64,000 bases of DNA from a virus, in IMG/VR virus record IMGVR_UViG_3300017917_003822, positions 206,630 to 270,629 of that record; one strand, 5' to 3'. The position numbers were made by a program, and so were the translations under genes. Under the pieces are notes generated by a model that worked only from the letters and a program-made list of their open reading frames with translations, was not told the origin of the DNA and ran no database searches. How positions within the stretch are numbered: position 1 is the first letter of the stretch; each line of letters begins with the position of its first letter. This document shows, piece by piece, positions 45,534 to 53,633 of this stretch.

Positions 45534-46241
45534 ATGAAAAATATTTTTAAAGTTGCGAAGTATAAAAAAACCGAGGAGGGTTTCTCACATCTGGGTTATG
45601 ATGAATATGTCATCGAATACCTCAAAGGTAAAAAGGTACATCAACTAAGAATTGTTGTTAACGGGATTTTAACAAATAGCGTTATTAATCTGGTTGATCC
45701 AGGTAAGGGTTACAGAAACAGTATATTGATGGGCATTAGCGACTATGTAAACGGTAGGATAAGCCACAATAATACCATCTCAGAAAAGAAGAAAATCACA
45801 ATTTCTAACATCTCAAATTTTTACAGCAAACATATTGTTAGTAATGTTAAGAATTATCTTATCGGAATCAATAAGGAAGAAAGCAGAGACAGATTGACAA
45901 AATATGGGTTAATTCCAAAAGAAGAGTCTCAAAATCTGGAAAACTTTAGAAAATTGGTCAGTGATGAGGTTTCTCCTGCTATGTCAAATTTCATAGAGGA
46001 GAAGAAGACAGATGAAAGAATTAAGAAGATAGCCGAAAGATTTTTTGAAGAGCAAGAAAAATTAAACTACAGCTACGATTCCATTGAATCTTTTATTGAG
46101 GGTTATAAATTAGCACAACAACAAATGTATAACGAAGATGATATGGAAGAATGCTGGAATGCTTGCTTAGCTTTTAATAGACCCGCTGGTTTTGACAGTG
46201 GTATCAATTTCAAGGATTTTATTAAATCAAAAAGAAAATAA
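45534..46241 (+). CDS. hypothetical protein
   Basis: 235-aa ORF. Confidence 0.4.
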   Translation: MKNIFKVAKYKKTEEGFSHLGYDEYVIEYLKGKKVHQLRIVVNGILTNSVINLVDPGKGYRNSILMGISDYVNGRISHNNTISEKKKITISNISNFYSKHIVSNVKNYLIGINKEESRDRLTKYGLIPKEESQNLENFRKLVSDEVSPAMSNFIEEKKTDERIKKIAERFFEEQEKLNYSYDSIESFIEGYKLAQQQMYNEDDMEECWNACLAFNRPAGFDSGINFKDFIKSKRK

Positions 46242-46245
46242 TATT

Positions 46246-46530
46246 ATGAAAAAATTAATTTTTTTAATCTGCTTTATGTTTCTATTTTCTTGTCAGGAAA
46301 AAAAATACGAGCATATAGGTCAGGAGGTAATCGACGGTAAGGTCTCTGCTACTAAGGAGGGAAAGACAGCCTCATATGGGAGTCCAGCATATTCTCCAAA
46401 AATATGGGTACAAACACCAACAGAAACTAAAGAAGTGGAAATTCCATTTCGATACGAGGGGAGATGGAAAGTCGGTGACAGCTGCTTATTAATTATTGAA
46501 AAATATAAAGAAGTAACGGATGGAAAATAA
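46246..46530 (+). CDS. putative lipoprotein
   Basis: ATG at 46246 gives MKKLIFLICFMFLFSCQEKK (signal plus lipobox). Confidence 0.45.
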   Translation: MKKLIFLICFMFLFSCQEKKYEHIGQEVIDGKVSATKEGKTASYGSPAYSPKIWVQTPTETKEVEIPFRYEGRWKVGDSCLLIIEKYKEVTDGK

Positions 46531-47110
46531 GAATATATTCATATTACCCACAGACAGACCGACCTGGTTACATAAATCATTATTGAGTGGAATTTTAAGA
46601 AAATCATCAGCCTGTATTGGTGATATGAAACAAGCACAAGGGATGAATATCTATATTACTTCCAACGAAGAAATTAAAGAGGGTGATTGGTGTTTGGATG
46701 AAGATGGGTTAAAGAAATGTACTGCTCACGCAGGTGCTATGAATCATTATTTTGAAAAAATCATCCTAACAACAGACCAAGACTTAATCAACGATGGTGT
46801 ACAAGCTATTGATGATGAGTTTTTAGAATGGTTTGTTAAGAATCCAAGTTGTGATGAGGTTGAAGTTGGATATGGGCGGATTAGGCTCACCGAAACTGAC
46901 AATAAAGGATATTGGGTTGCTATTCCTAATGCAGAATTTAATATGCAAGAAGAAAAACCTAAACAAGAAAAATCTGAAGATAAATTCCAATCTTGGGATG
47001 AATTAATAAAAGAAGTAGGTGGTGAAAAAGAATTATTAAGAATACTAAAACTTCCACATATAGCACCTTTAGTCAGAGAAGCAATGAGGAGTAATTGTAA
47101 AAACAAATAA
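46520..47110 (+). CDS. paralog family A member 1
   Basis: Shares NIYITS(N/D)E(E/K)IKEGDW and ILTTDQDLI(N/K)DGVQAIDDEFLEWFVKNPSC with the two following genes. Confidence 0.45.
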   Translation: MENKNIFILPTDRPTWLHKSLLSGILRKSSACIGDMKQAQGMNIYITSNEEIKEGDWCLDEDGLKKCTAHAGAMNHYFEKIILTTDQDLINDGVQAIDDEFLEWFVKNPSCDEVEVGYGRIRLTETDNKGYWVAIPNAEFNMQEEKPKQEKSEDKFQSWDELIKEVGGEKELLRILKLPHIAPLVREAMRSNCKNK

Positions 47111-47199
47111 GACTATGATGGAAGACTTTTTACTTATTTTCGCAATAATCTATACCTTAATGTATGGATTAAAAATTTGGGAGGAAAACAAATAATGAT

Positions 47200-47913
47200 A
47201 TGAAAAACATACACGTATTACCAACAGAAAAAGCAAGCAATGGATATGTTCTTGGAAAATGTATCAAAGAATTATCAGATGTAAAAATAGGTCAATTTAC
47301 TAAAACCTATTATTTAATGTTTGATGAAAAATATTTTCAACCACATAACATCTACATTACTTCCGATGAAAAAATTAAAGAAGGAGATTGGTTCTTACCG
47401 CAAGGACATATAAATCCTCATAAACTAAAAGGATATAATAAAATCAATGGGGATTTAGAAAGTTATAATGGGTTATGTTATGATATTTCAAAATGTAAAA
47501 AAATCATCCTAACAACAGACCAAGATTTAATCAAGGATGGTGTACAAGCTATTGATAATGAGTTTTTAGAATGGTTTGTTAAGAATCCAAGTTGTGAGTG
47601 GGTTGAGGTTGAAATAGAATCAAAGTTTGACAGAGTTGATGGTCATTATCATGATGTGTGGGAAATAATCATTCCAAAAGAAGAAGCTAAACAAGAAACA
47701 CTTGAAGAAGCTGCAGAGAGATGGGTATTTGAAACAAATGGGCATAAATGGTCCAATAACGACGATAGCGCAGGGGACAATTTCGGATCTTTCGTTGCAG
47801 GTTCAAGGTGGAGATCTGATAATTCATACACTCTGGATGAATTAAAGGAGGCTTATTCTATGGGGAGATTAGGAAAATCGATCTCAGAATTCAACGAAAG
47901 ATTCAAAAATTAA
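47200..47913 (+). CDS. paralog family A member 2
   Basis: ~100 nt of DNA is near-identical with member 1 (46748-46850 vs 47506-47608). Confidence 0.45.
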   Translation: MKNIHVLPTEKASNGYVLGKCIKELSDVKIGQFTKTYYLMFDEKYFQPHNIYITSDEKIKEGDWFLPQGHINPHKLKGYNKINGDLESYNGLCYDISKCKKIILTTDQDLIKDGVQAIDNEFLEWFVKNPSCEWVEVEIESKFDRVDGHYHDVWEIIIPKEEAKQETLEEAAERWVFETNGHKWSNNDDSAGDNFGSFVAGSRWRSDNSYTLDELKEAYSMGRLGKSISEFNERFKN

Positions 47914-47916
47914 TCT

Positions 47917-48591
47917 ATGAAAAATTTACATATATTACCGACATCCAAACCAAGTAGATTATATGAATTTGGTGGTGCATATTATATTCAAGACAAGCCA
48001 CAAGAAAATTTTAGAAGTTATAATATCTACATCACTGGGGAGGAAAAAATTAGGATAGGGGATTGGGTAATTGATGATGATTATGACGAACCAGTATTAT
48101 ATAAAGCAGACAAATATTTTTTTGATATTGGTAAGGAAGCTAGAAAAATCATATTAACAACCGACACAGAATTAATTGACGGAGGGGTACAGAACATCCA
48201 AGATGTATTTTTAAGTTGGCTGATCCAGAATCCAACTTGTGAGAAGGTCGAGGTTAGAAAAAATCCAAAAGTGAGTGGAATAGTAAAAGGTTTGGGTATT
48301 AAAAGTTTCGACAACGGTTATAAAATAATAATACCCAAGAATAAGAATAAAGAAGAGAAAGTTAACGAACCTCAAAACTTAAAAAACTTTAAAAAATTAG
48401 ACAGTGCAGCCATGGACGATTCCATAAAGAAAAAAGAAGCAATTGACGGGATTATTGGGGGATTATTTAAGAAATATTCAAACAATACTTCACTAGCTGA
48501 GGGTGATTATGAACACCTAATGGATAGCGAAGATTTTAGAGAAGCTTCTATTGAATTGATTGAATGGTTAGAAAAATTTAAAAAGGAATAG
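47917..48591 (+). CDS. paralog family A member 3 (more diverged)
   Basis: MKNLHILPTSKPSRL...NIYITGEEKIRIGDW...ILTTDTELIDGGVQNIQDVFLSWLIQNPTC. Confidence 0.45.
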   Translation: MKNLHILPTSKPSRLYEFGGAYYIQDKPQENFRSYNIYITGEEKIRIGDWVIDDDYDEPVLYKADKYFFDIGKEARKIILTTDTELIDGGVQNIQDVFLSWLIQNPTCEKVEVRKNPKVSGIVKGLGIKSFDNGYKIIIPKNKNKEEKVNEPQNLKNFKKLDSAAMDDSIKKKEAIDGIIGGLFKKYSNNTSLAEGDYEHLMDSEDFREASIELIEWLEKFKKE

Positions 48592-48594
48592 TTC

Positions 48595-48864
48595 ATGAGC
48601 ATTTTTTGTAAATTGGGATTTCATTCATATATCGAAAAAACCATCCATATTAATTGGCTAATGTCAACGGATCCATCAATCGAATGGGCAAAAAAACATT
48701 CAGGATGGCATGAATTTAGAGAGTGTGAAAGATGCGGTAACATTCAACAAAAAAGGATCTCTGTCTTCTATGGAAGGGTTTCTTATATAAGCAAATGGTC
48801 CGAGATGAATAAGGAATCGGAGATGGTTTTTAGAATGTATCTGGGTTTTAATAAAAAAAATTAA
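48595..48864 (+). CDS. hypothetical protein
   Basis: 89-aa ORF with CERCG. Confidence 0.3.
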   Translation: MSIFCKLGFHSYIEKTIHINWLMSTDPSIEWAKKHSGWHEFRECERCGNIQQKRISVFYGRVSYISKWSEMNKESEMVFRMYLGFNKKN

Positions 48865-48865
48865 T

Positions 48866-49234
48866 ATGGAGGGGGTACTGAAAATACGAAACATAGATTC
48901 ATTAAGAAAGCTTAGCTTAAAAAGGGCTATGGGTAAAAGAAAACACGTTTCTGAGATGTATAAATCAATTGACGTGACTCTAAAAACTCTTGAGGAAATT
49001 CAAGAACTCACACCGGAATTACTATGTAGATTAATCAGGAAAAAGGGATTGGTTGGAAAGGAGATTTATAAATTGGATCATGTTATATTTTGCAGACAGC
49101 GAGAGATCCCGGTGAGAGAAGAGGATGTTAATGCACACCTAAACAGACAATCAAATTTAAAAATACCGGTGTTGTTGGTTCCTTATGAATTTAGAGATAA
49201 GTATTCAAGATACATTTACGAGCATTTCAAATAG
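48866..49234 (+). CDS. hypothetical protein
   Basis: 122-aa ORF. Confidence 0.35.
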   Translation: MEGVLKIRNIDSLRKLSLKRAMGKRKHVSEMYKSIDVTLKTLEEIQELTPELLCRLIRKKGLVGKEIYKLDHVIFCRQREIPVREEDVNAHLNRQSNLKIPVLLVPYEFRDKYSRYIYEHFK

Positions 49235-49253
49235 TCACTACAATTCATTAAAA

Positions 49254-49287
49254 TATTTTTTTGAACCGGGATTCTGTTCTATATTAG
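49254..49287 (+). promoter_or_regulatory. promoter-like motif copy 12
   Basis: TTTTTTT-GAACCGGG-N9-TATATTAG. Confidence 0.35.
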
Positions 49288-49310
49288 CACTATCATTAAA
49301 AAAAAAGCAC

Positions 49311-49484
49311 ATGGCAAAACCTAGAGTTATTCTACAAGAAAAATACAAAAAAGGTGTGGTTGTAGATAAAAATGAAATAAAGAGGATGGTTGATGAAAAC
49401 ATCGAAAAAATAGTTGTTGAAATCAGAGAGACTCTTAAATACAGCGACGGAACTGAGGGTATAGTTATCGAAATCAGATTCTAA
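49311..49484 (+). CDS. small hypothetical protein
   Basis: The track ORF 49185-49484 contains a promoter motif at 49254-49287. In-frame ATG at 49311 (MAKPRVIL) is preferred. Confidence 0.25.
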   Translation: MAKPRVILQEKYKKGVVVDKNEIKRMVDENIEKIVVEIRETLKYSDGTEGIVIEIRF

Positions 49485-49495
49485 ATCTAGTCTAT

Positions 49496-49864
49496 ATGGA
49501 AAAAGAATTTATACCTTATGAACAGGCATTAGCTTTAAAAGAATTAGGATTTGATGAACCATGTTTTTGGTTATATGATGGAAAAATACTTAAAACTCAA
49601 ATTATACCAAGTAGTAATTCTGATTTTAAATATATTGATATAGTTCAAGCACCACTTAAACAACAAGCATTTAGATGGTTTAGAGAAAAGTATAAATTAT
49701 GTGGTTTAATTGAGATTGGAACACAAGAGTTTTCTTATCAAGTTTTTAATAATAAAGGGAATAGACAACTTGGAACTGAACCTATAAGCTATAATGGAAC
49801 CTACGAAGAAGCAGAACTTGAATGTTTAAAGAAACTAATTGAAATTGTTAAAGATAAGAAATAA
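49496..49864 (+). CDS. paralog family B member 1
   Basis: MEKEFIPYEQALALKELGFDEPCF...FRWFREKYKL...GTYEEAELECLKKLIEIVKDKK. Confidence 0.4.
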   Translation: MEKEFIPYEQALALKELGFDEPCFWLYDGKILKTQIIPSSNSDFKYIDIVQAPLKQQAFRWFREKYKLCGLIEIGTQEFSYQVFNNKGNRQLGTEPISYNGTYEEAELECLKKLIEIVKDKK

Positions 49865-50271
49865 TGGAAAAAGAATTTGTGCCTTATGAACAAGCACTAA
49901 CTTTAAAAGAACTTGGTTTTGATGAACCTTGTTTAGGTTACTACTTAACTAATTTGTTAACAAACGAAGTAAAACTATTTATTGATAATAGAACAGGACT
50001 TTCATCATTTGAAAAAACTACACCTGCTCCAACATTCTCTCAAGTATTTAGATGGTTTAGAGAGAAGTATAACTTGAGAGGATTTATTGGATTTAGACCA
50101 AATGTAAAAAAATTTGATTGTCATGTTTATGATATGTCTCTGTCTGGCAAAGAATATGTTGAACAAAGAACTATGGAAGAGTTTAACAAAGACCCTAAAG
50201 TTGGAACCTACGAAGAAGCAGAACTTGAATGTTTAAAGAAACTAATTGAAATTGTTAAAGATAAGAAATAA
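49864..50271 (+). CDS. paralog family B member 2
   Basis: C-terminal ~80 nt (including stop and next start) is identical to member 1 (49797-49875 vs 50204-50282). Confidence 0.4.
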   Translation: MEKEFVPYEQALTLKELGFDEPCLGYYLTNLLTNEVKLFIDNRTGLSSFEKTTPAPTFSQVFRWFREKYNLRGFIGFRPNVKKFDCHVYDMSLSGKEYVEQRTMEEFNKDPKVGTYEEAELECLKKLIEIVKDKK

Positions 50272-50777
50272 TGGAAAAAGAATTTATTCCTTACGAACAA
50301 GCATTAGTTTTAAAAGAATTAGGATTTGATGAACCTTGTTTTAAATATGTTTATATTGGAGATACTGGAAATAACTTTGATCATTATCTTGAAGTAGAAC
50401 CATCAAAGGCAAAAAATTATAATGAGGATGATTTATGTATATCACAGCCAACTTACTCAGCAGCATTTAGATGGTTTAGAGAGAAGTATAATATTCATCA
50501 TTCAATGAGACCCGTGGTTGGATCTAAAAATGGATACGACTCATATCCAATTTTGGGGTGGGAATCAGATATTTTTGCTACAAATCAAGGAACTCAAAAT
50601 TCATATTACATGGGATATCCGGTCTGTGAGTGGTTCACAGCAACACTAGATAATTTTGACGAGGGTGACACATTGAAGGATTTGAATTTAGATCCACTTA
50701 AATATGAAGAGGCAGAGCTTAAATGTTTAAAAAATATTATAAAATACGTCAAAAAAGAAAAGCTGAATGGAAGATAA
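50271..50777 (+). CDS. paralog family B member 3 (diverged C-terminus)
   Basis: Same N-terminus MEKEFIPYEQALVLKELGFDEPCF and the FRWFREKYN motif. Confidence 0.4.
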   Translation: MEKEFIPYEQALVLKELGFDEPCFKYVYIGDTGNNFDHYLEVEPSKAKNYNEDDLCISQPTYSAAFRWFREKYNIHHSMRPVVGSKNGYDSYPILGWESDIFATNQGTQNSYYMGYPVCEWFTATLDNFDEGDTLKDLNLDPLKYEEAELKCLKNIIKYVKKEKLNGR

Positions 50778-50883
50778 CTCATTAGGTACCGGTATAGGTA
50801 TGATCCTAGTTTTTATTGTTATTCCATTATTCTCAGAAATTATTTCCATTATCCTTAGTTGGAACAAAAGGAATAGGAAATAG
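50767..50883 (+). CDS. small hydrophobic peptide (38 aa)
   Basis: MEDNSLGTGIGMILVFIVIPLFSEIISIILSWNKRNRK. Directly precedes the first tRNA-like gene. Confidence 0.2.
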   Translation: MEDNSLGTGIGMILVFIVIPLFSEIISIILSWNKRNRK

Positions 50884-50894
50884 TAAAATGAAGG

Positions 50895-50982
50895 AGTCAG
50901 GTGACTGGTGTCTGCACAGTAAGCTGTGTGTTGGTTCGATCCCAACGAGGTGTAAATTCAGGTTCGAATCCTGTCCTGACTA
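50895..50982 (+). tRNA. tRNA-like gene U1 (non-canonical: two T-loop-like hairpins)
   Basis: 7-bp acceptor AGTCAGG/CCTGACT, D-like hairpin ACTG-GTGTCTGCA-CAGT, internal GTTGG-TTCGATC-CCAAC, T arm CAGG-TTCGAAT-CCTG, discriminator A. No encoded CCA. 88 nt. Confidence 0.4.
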
Positions 50983-51335
50983 CTAAGGTTAAACATTGAA
51001 TACCTTTGTAAATGTTAGAAGTGAGGAAGAGTACCTCAATAAAAAATAAGTTCAATTAAGAACAAATAATTTACATAAAGATACTATCAGTAATGGTAGA
51101 TGTGTTGTTCCCTTGAGAAAGGAATGGGCAAAGGTGGCTAATTAAAGTTAACAACAACTCCACACAACACAAATGAGTTCTCAGCAAGTAGTTCGAAAAG
51201 CTATGCAGTTTTAAAACTCTTATGGAGCCTTACAAACTAGAACTACGTGACCCTACTCCACTTGGGCGATTCACAGATGAGTTGTTAAGACAGGTTTGAA
51301 TCCTGTATTGTCCTACCGAAAGAGGGTGCTAAAAA

Positions 51336-51457
51336 AGTCAGGTGGCAGAATGGTAAACGCATGCTCCATCGGTGATACATCTCCTCGATGGACATGGTAT
51401 TTATTAAGTTCGCTTAATAATGTAAAACTGGTGCAGGTTCGAATCCTGCCCTGACTT
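51336..51457 (+). ncRNA. tRNA-like gene U2 with ~45-nt extra structure (122 nt)
   Basis: Same acceptor AGTCAGG/CCTGACT and T arm GCAGG-TTCGAAT-CCTGC. Leu-like D region GCAG-AATGGTAAA-CGC. Internal 11-bp hairpin with 14-nt loop, plus a 7-bp hairpin with a UUCG tetraloop. Confidence 0.4.
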
Positions 51458-51474
51458 CTATTAACTACAAAGAA

Positions 51475-51696
51475 ATGAAAAATCCAAAAATCAAAACGAA
51501 GGTTGTGCATTCAGAATCAAAACCTGCATGGAATATAATAGGAACAACATTGGGAGGAAAGTACAAAATAGCAAGAGTCCCTTATTTAGTGGAAACTGGA
51601 AATGATATTATAGACGCCAGGGAAAAAGCTGAAGCACTTGAACATGCAAATTTCATATCCTTCTGTTTTAACAATTCAGATTCAATCTGCAAGTAA
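51475..51696 (+). CDS. hypothetical protein
   Basis: 73-aa ORF between tRNA-like genes. Confidence 0.35.
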   Translation: MKNPKIKTKVVHSESKPAWNIIGTTLGGKYKIARVPYLVETGNDIIDAREKAEALEHANFISFCFNNSDSICK

Positions 51697-51716
51697 CTAA
51701 AAAAATCTCAAGAATT

Positions 51717-51749
51717 ATTTTTTTATTCCGATCTGATATCTTACATTAG
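51717..51749 (+). promoter_or_regulatory. promoter-like motif copy 13
   Basis: TTTTTTT-ATTCCGAT-N9-TACATTAG. Inside the tRNA-like array. Confidence 0.35.
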
Positions 51750-51781
51750 CAAAGTAAAAATAAACAAAAAGTTAAATCTAG

Positions 51782-51913
51782 ATGTTGGTAGAAATTTGTA
51801 ATTATTGCAACAAGTTGCTGGGAATATTAATCTTTAACGGTAAACCCTGCTGTCAATTTTGTGAGGAGGAACAGAAAAAGAAATCAAAAAATACCAAAGA
51901 AAATGAAAAGTAG
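51782..51913 (+). CDS. mini zinc-ribbon protein (43 aa, not in track)
   Basis: MLVEICNYCNKLLGILIFNGKPCCQFCEEEQKKKSKNTKENEK has two CxxC pairs. Follows promoter motif 51717-51749. Confidence 0.25.
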   Translation: MLVEICNYCNKLLGILIFNGKPCCQFCEEEQKKKSKNTKENEK

Positions 51914-52151
51914 AGGATGCAACGATTGCAAGAACTACAAATCAGAATTCGATTTCTGGGGAGAGAAACCAACACAAAGAATATGTTTATCTGGTAATGA
52001 TCTCGAGGTAAATGCATGGTGGAGGGATAATGGCAGAAAAAATATCAATGATGAGGTGGATTCAATGGATTGTTTCGAGGAGACAGAGTCTTCGAAAATG
52101 CTGAATAAAATGTCATCTTTATTGGATAAGATGAACGAAGTTCTAAAATAA
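51903..52151 (+). CDS. hypothetical protein with CxxC motif
   Basis: ATG at 51903 gives MKSRGCNDCKNYK. The track start 51861 overlaps the mini-ORF. Confidence 0.35.
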   Translation: MKSRGCNDCKNYKSEFDFWGEKPTQRICLSGNDLEVNAWWRDNGRKNINDEVDSMDCFEETESSKMLNKMSSLLDKMNEVLK

Positions 52152-52155
52152 AAAA

Positions 52156-52325
52156 GGTCGGGTGGCGGAATTTAATCGATTGCTGAAATTGGCCAATCTA
52201 CGAATCGATTATCGGTAGACGTTATGAGAAAACCCAAATACTGAGGGCGTCCATCTAGGGAGTGATAAAGGCAATACTAGTTTACCAATCAGGCTCCCGT
52301 CCAGGTTCGAATCCTGTACCGACTA
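52156..52325 (+). ncRNA. tRNA-like gene U3 with ~95-nt palindrome-rich insertion (170 nt)
   Basis: Acceptor GGTCGGG/ACCGACT (one mismatch) and T arm CCAGG-TTCGAAT-CCTGT. Leu-like GCGGAAT D region. Insert contains paired palindromes AATCGATT x2 and ATTGGCCAAT. Confidence 0.35.
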
Positions 52326-52486
52326 CAATGAGTTGATTACTCAGATGGATTCATCTATCCTGAAAGATGCCGACATACTCTTGGGCGTAAGGCAAGAGCG
52401 GGTTTTGAAATTCAGTAGCGCCGTTACGGAAACTGAGCTCGGAGGGCAATAAACTTCGTGAGGTCTAATCAACCGTAATTGCAAAT

Positions 52487-52564
52487 AGTCAGGTGGCGGA
52501 ATTGGTAGCGCATTTCTCTATACCAACGAGAATCGGAGTGCAGGTTCGAATCCTGTCCTGACTA
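52487..52564 (+). tRNA. tRNA-like gene U4 (canonical length, 78 nt; anticodon arm irregular so isotype unassigned)
   Basis: AGTCAGG-TG-GCGGAATTGGTAGCGC (Leu-like D arm) ... GCAGG-TTCGAAT-CCTGT-CCTGACT-A. Best anticodon stem TCTC/GAGA leaves an ATACCAA loop. Confidence 0.45.
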
Positions 52565-52579
52565 CTAAAAATTGGAAGT

Positions 52580-53194
52580 ATGATAGTAAATAAAATTGAA
52601 TTTCCTAAGTTCACTGGAGTAAAATGTAATATGATGCCATTCATCCAGGGGGACAGTTCATCATTACCAGATGAATATAAATCCTACTCAAAAATAGTCG
52701 AGGAGAATTATATTGAGAAGGGAGAGGTTGGCTATCTAACTATTGACGAATCCTTTGTTAGTTCGGGTGAATCCCAAAGAGGGTACAATTCCAAAGGGAT
52801 TAACAGAAACGTTCATATAGAAGTTGGACGATGTGGTGATAAAAACAGATGGGGAGGAAGTGGAGGAGGATCGTCTTGGGGAGGTAGAAATCAAACTTTT
52901 CTTTCCGACGACACAATGGTTCTAATTGCCAATAACATTTCTGACACTTGCAGGGTGTGGGACACAAAGGAGTTATCATACACAGATGACGGGGATTTGA
53001 GTGAGTACATAGACAAATATCCTGAGAATACCGGGATTATGTTAAAATCGGGTGAGGTTGCAAAGATAAGTATTTTTACTCCGCATGAATGCGTTACACA
53101 AAAAGAATCAGGTCTTAGACAATTCTTCAGGATTGTCGGTAAAGGTGTCACTGGGAGAGAAGAATATTTTACAATTAATCCATTGTTGAATTAG
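52580..53194 (+). CDS. hypothetical protein (Gly-rich centre)
   Basis: 204-aa ORF between tRNA-like genes. Confidence 0.4.
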   Translation: MIVNKIEFPKFTGVKCNMMPFIQGDSSSLPDEYKSYSKIVEENYIEKGEVGYLTIDESFVSSGESQRGYNSKGINRNVHIEVGRCGDKNRWGGSGGGSSWGGRNQTFLSDDTMVLIANNISDTCRVWDTKELSYTDDGDLSEYIDKYPENTGIMLKSGEVAKISIFTPHECVTQKESGLRQFFRIVGKGVTGREEYFTINPLLN

Positions 53195-53321
53195 TTACAA
53201 AAGCCCTAAGGCCAAGGGATCGTAGAACAGAAGCTGCCTCTTAACAATGCACACTGACTTCTCTGAATCGTAAGTCAGCACAGTTTCGGATGTTCTGGTG
53301 GTATTATAAAAACATCTAAAA

Positions 53322-53431
53322 GGTCAGGTGGCGGAATTGGCTATCGCACTCCACTTAAATATGGAGAGTATTGTTTCAACACAGTTAATCAGGTGAAAGG
53401 CACCATACAGGTTCGAGTCCTGTCCTGACCA
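53322..53431 (+). ncRNA. tRNA-like gene U5 with ~35-nt insertion in the variable region (110 nt)
   Basis: Perfect acceptor GGTCAGG/CCTGACC and T arm ACAGG-TTCGAGT-CCTGT. D arm GCGG-AATTGGCTAT-CGC. Anticodon-like hairpin CTCCA-CTTAAATA-TGGAG has an 8-nt loop containing UAA. Confidence 0.4.
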
Positions 53432-53444
53432 CAAAAATAAAGTT

Positions 53445-53627
53445 ATGATTGTAGAAATTTATCAATCCGAAATTGAAAATAGTATAACTGTGATATCCGA
53501 TGAATCTCAGAAGAAATTATTAGAACCCGATGCGGTACTATTAAGAACCATTGAGGGTGATGATTGGAATGATTGTATGACTCAACATCATAAATTAATG
53601 GGATGGGAACCTTATAAACCATTTTAA
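53445..53627 (+). CDS. hypothetical protein
   Basis: 60-aa ORF. Confidence 0.3.
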   Translation: MIVEIYQSEIENSITVISDESQKKLLEPDAVLLRTIEGDDWNDCMTQHHKLMGWEPYKPF

Positions 53628-53633
53628 AAAACT

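Noticed and set aside
10203-49484. ORF-track N-termini at 4466, 10203, 10588, 14204, 21777, 22458, 32169, 34498, 41184, 42185, 46192, 49185, 51861, 56763 and 60873
   Set aside because: These starts are TTG/GTG codons or upstream ATGs. They lie inside promoter -7 boxes or overlap the preceding gene by tens of codons. In each case a downstream in-frame ATG immediately after the promoter or upstream stop gives a tidier gene, so I adjusted the starts (moderate confidence).
50895-53431. Phage-encoded tmRNA hidden in the tRNA-like array (attractive because SmpB is encoded)
   Set aside because: None of the units has the tmRNA 5' tRNA-like-domain signature (GGGG...GGAUUCGAC). No plausible tag reading frame ending in ...ALAA-stop was found; the best was a 6-codon MRKPKY ORF in U3. 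Lengths (88-170 nt) are far below tmRNA size. Left as tRNA-like RNAs pending an ARAGORN/Infernal tmRNA search.
51336-53431. Group I or group II self-splicing introns inside the tRNA-like genes
   Set aside because: Inserts are only ~35-95 nt, far too short for group I/II introns. No P7/P3-like conserved cores were recognisable. They look like extra hairpins or small insertions instead.
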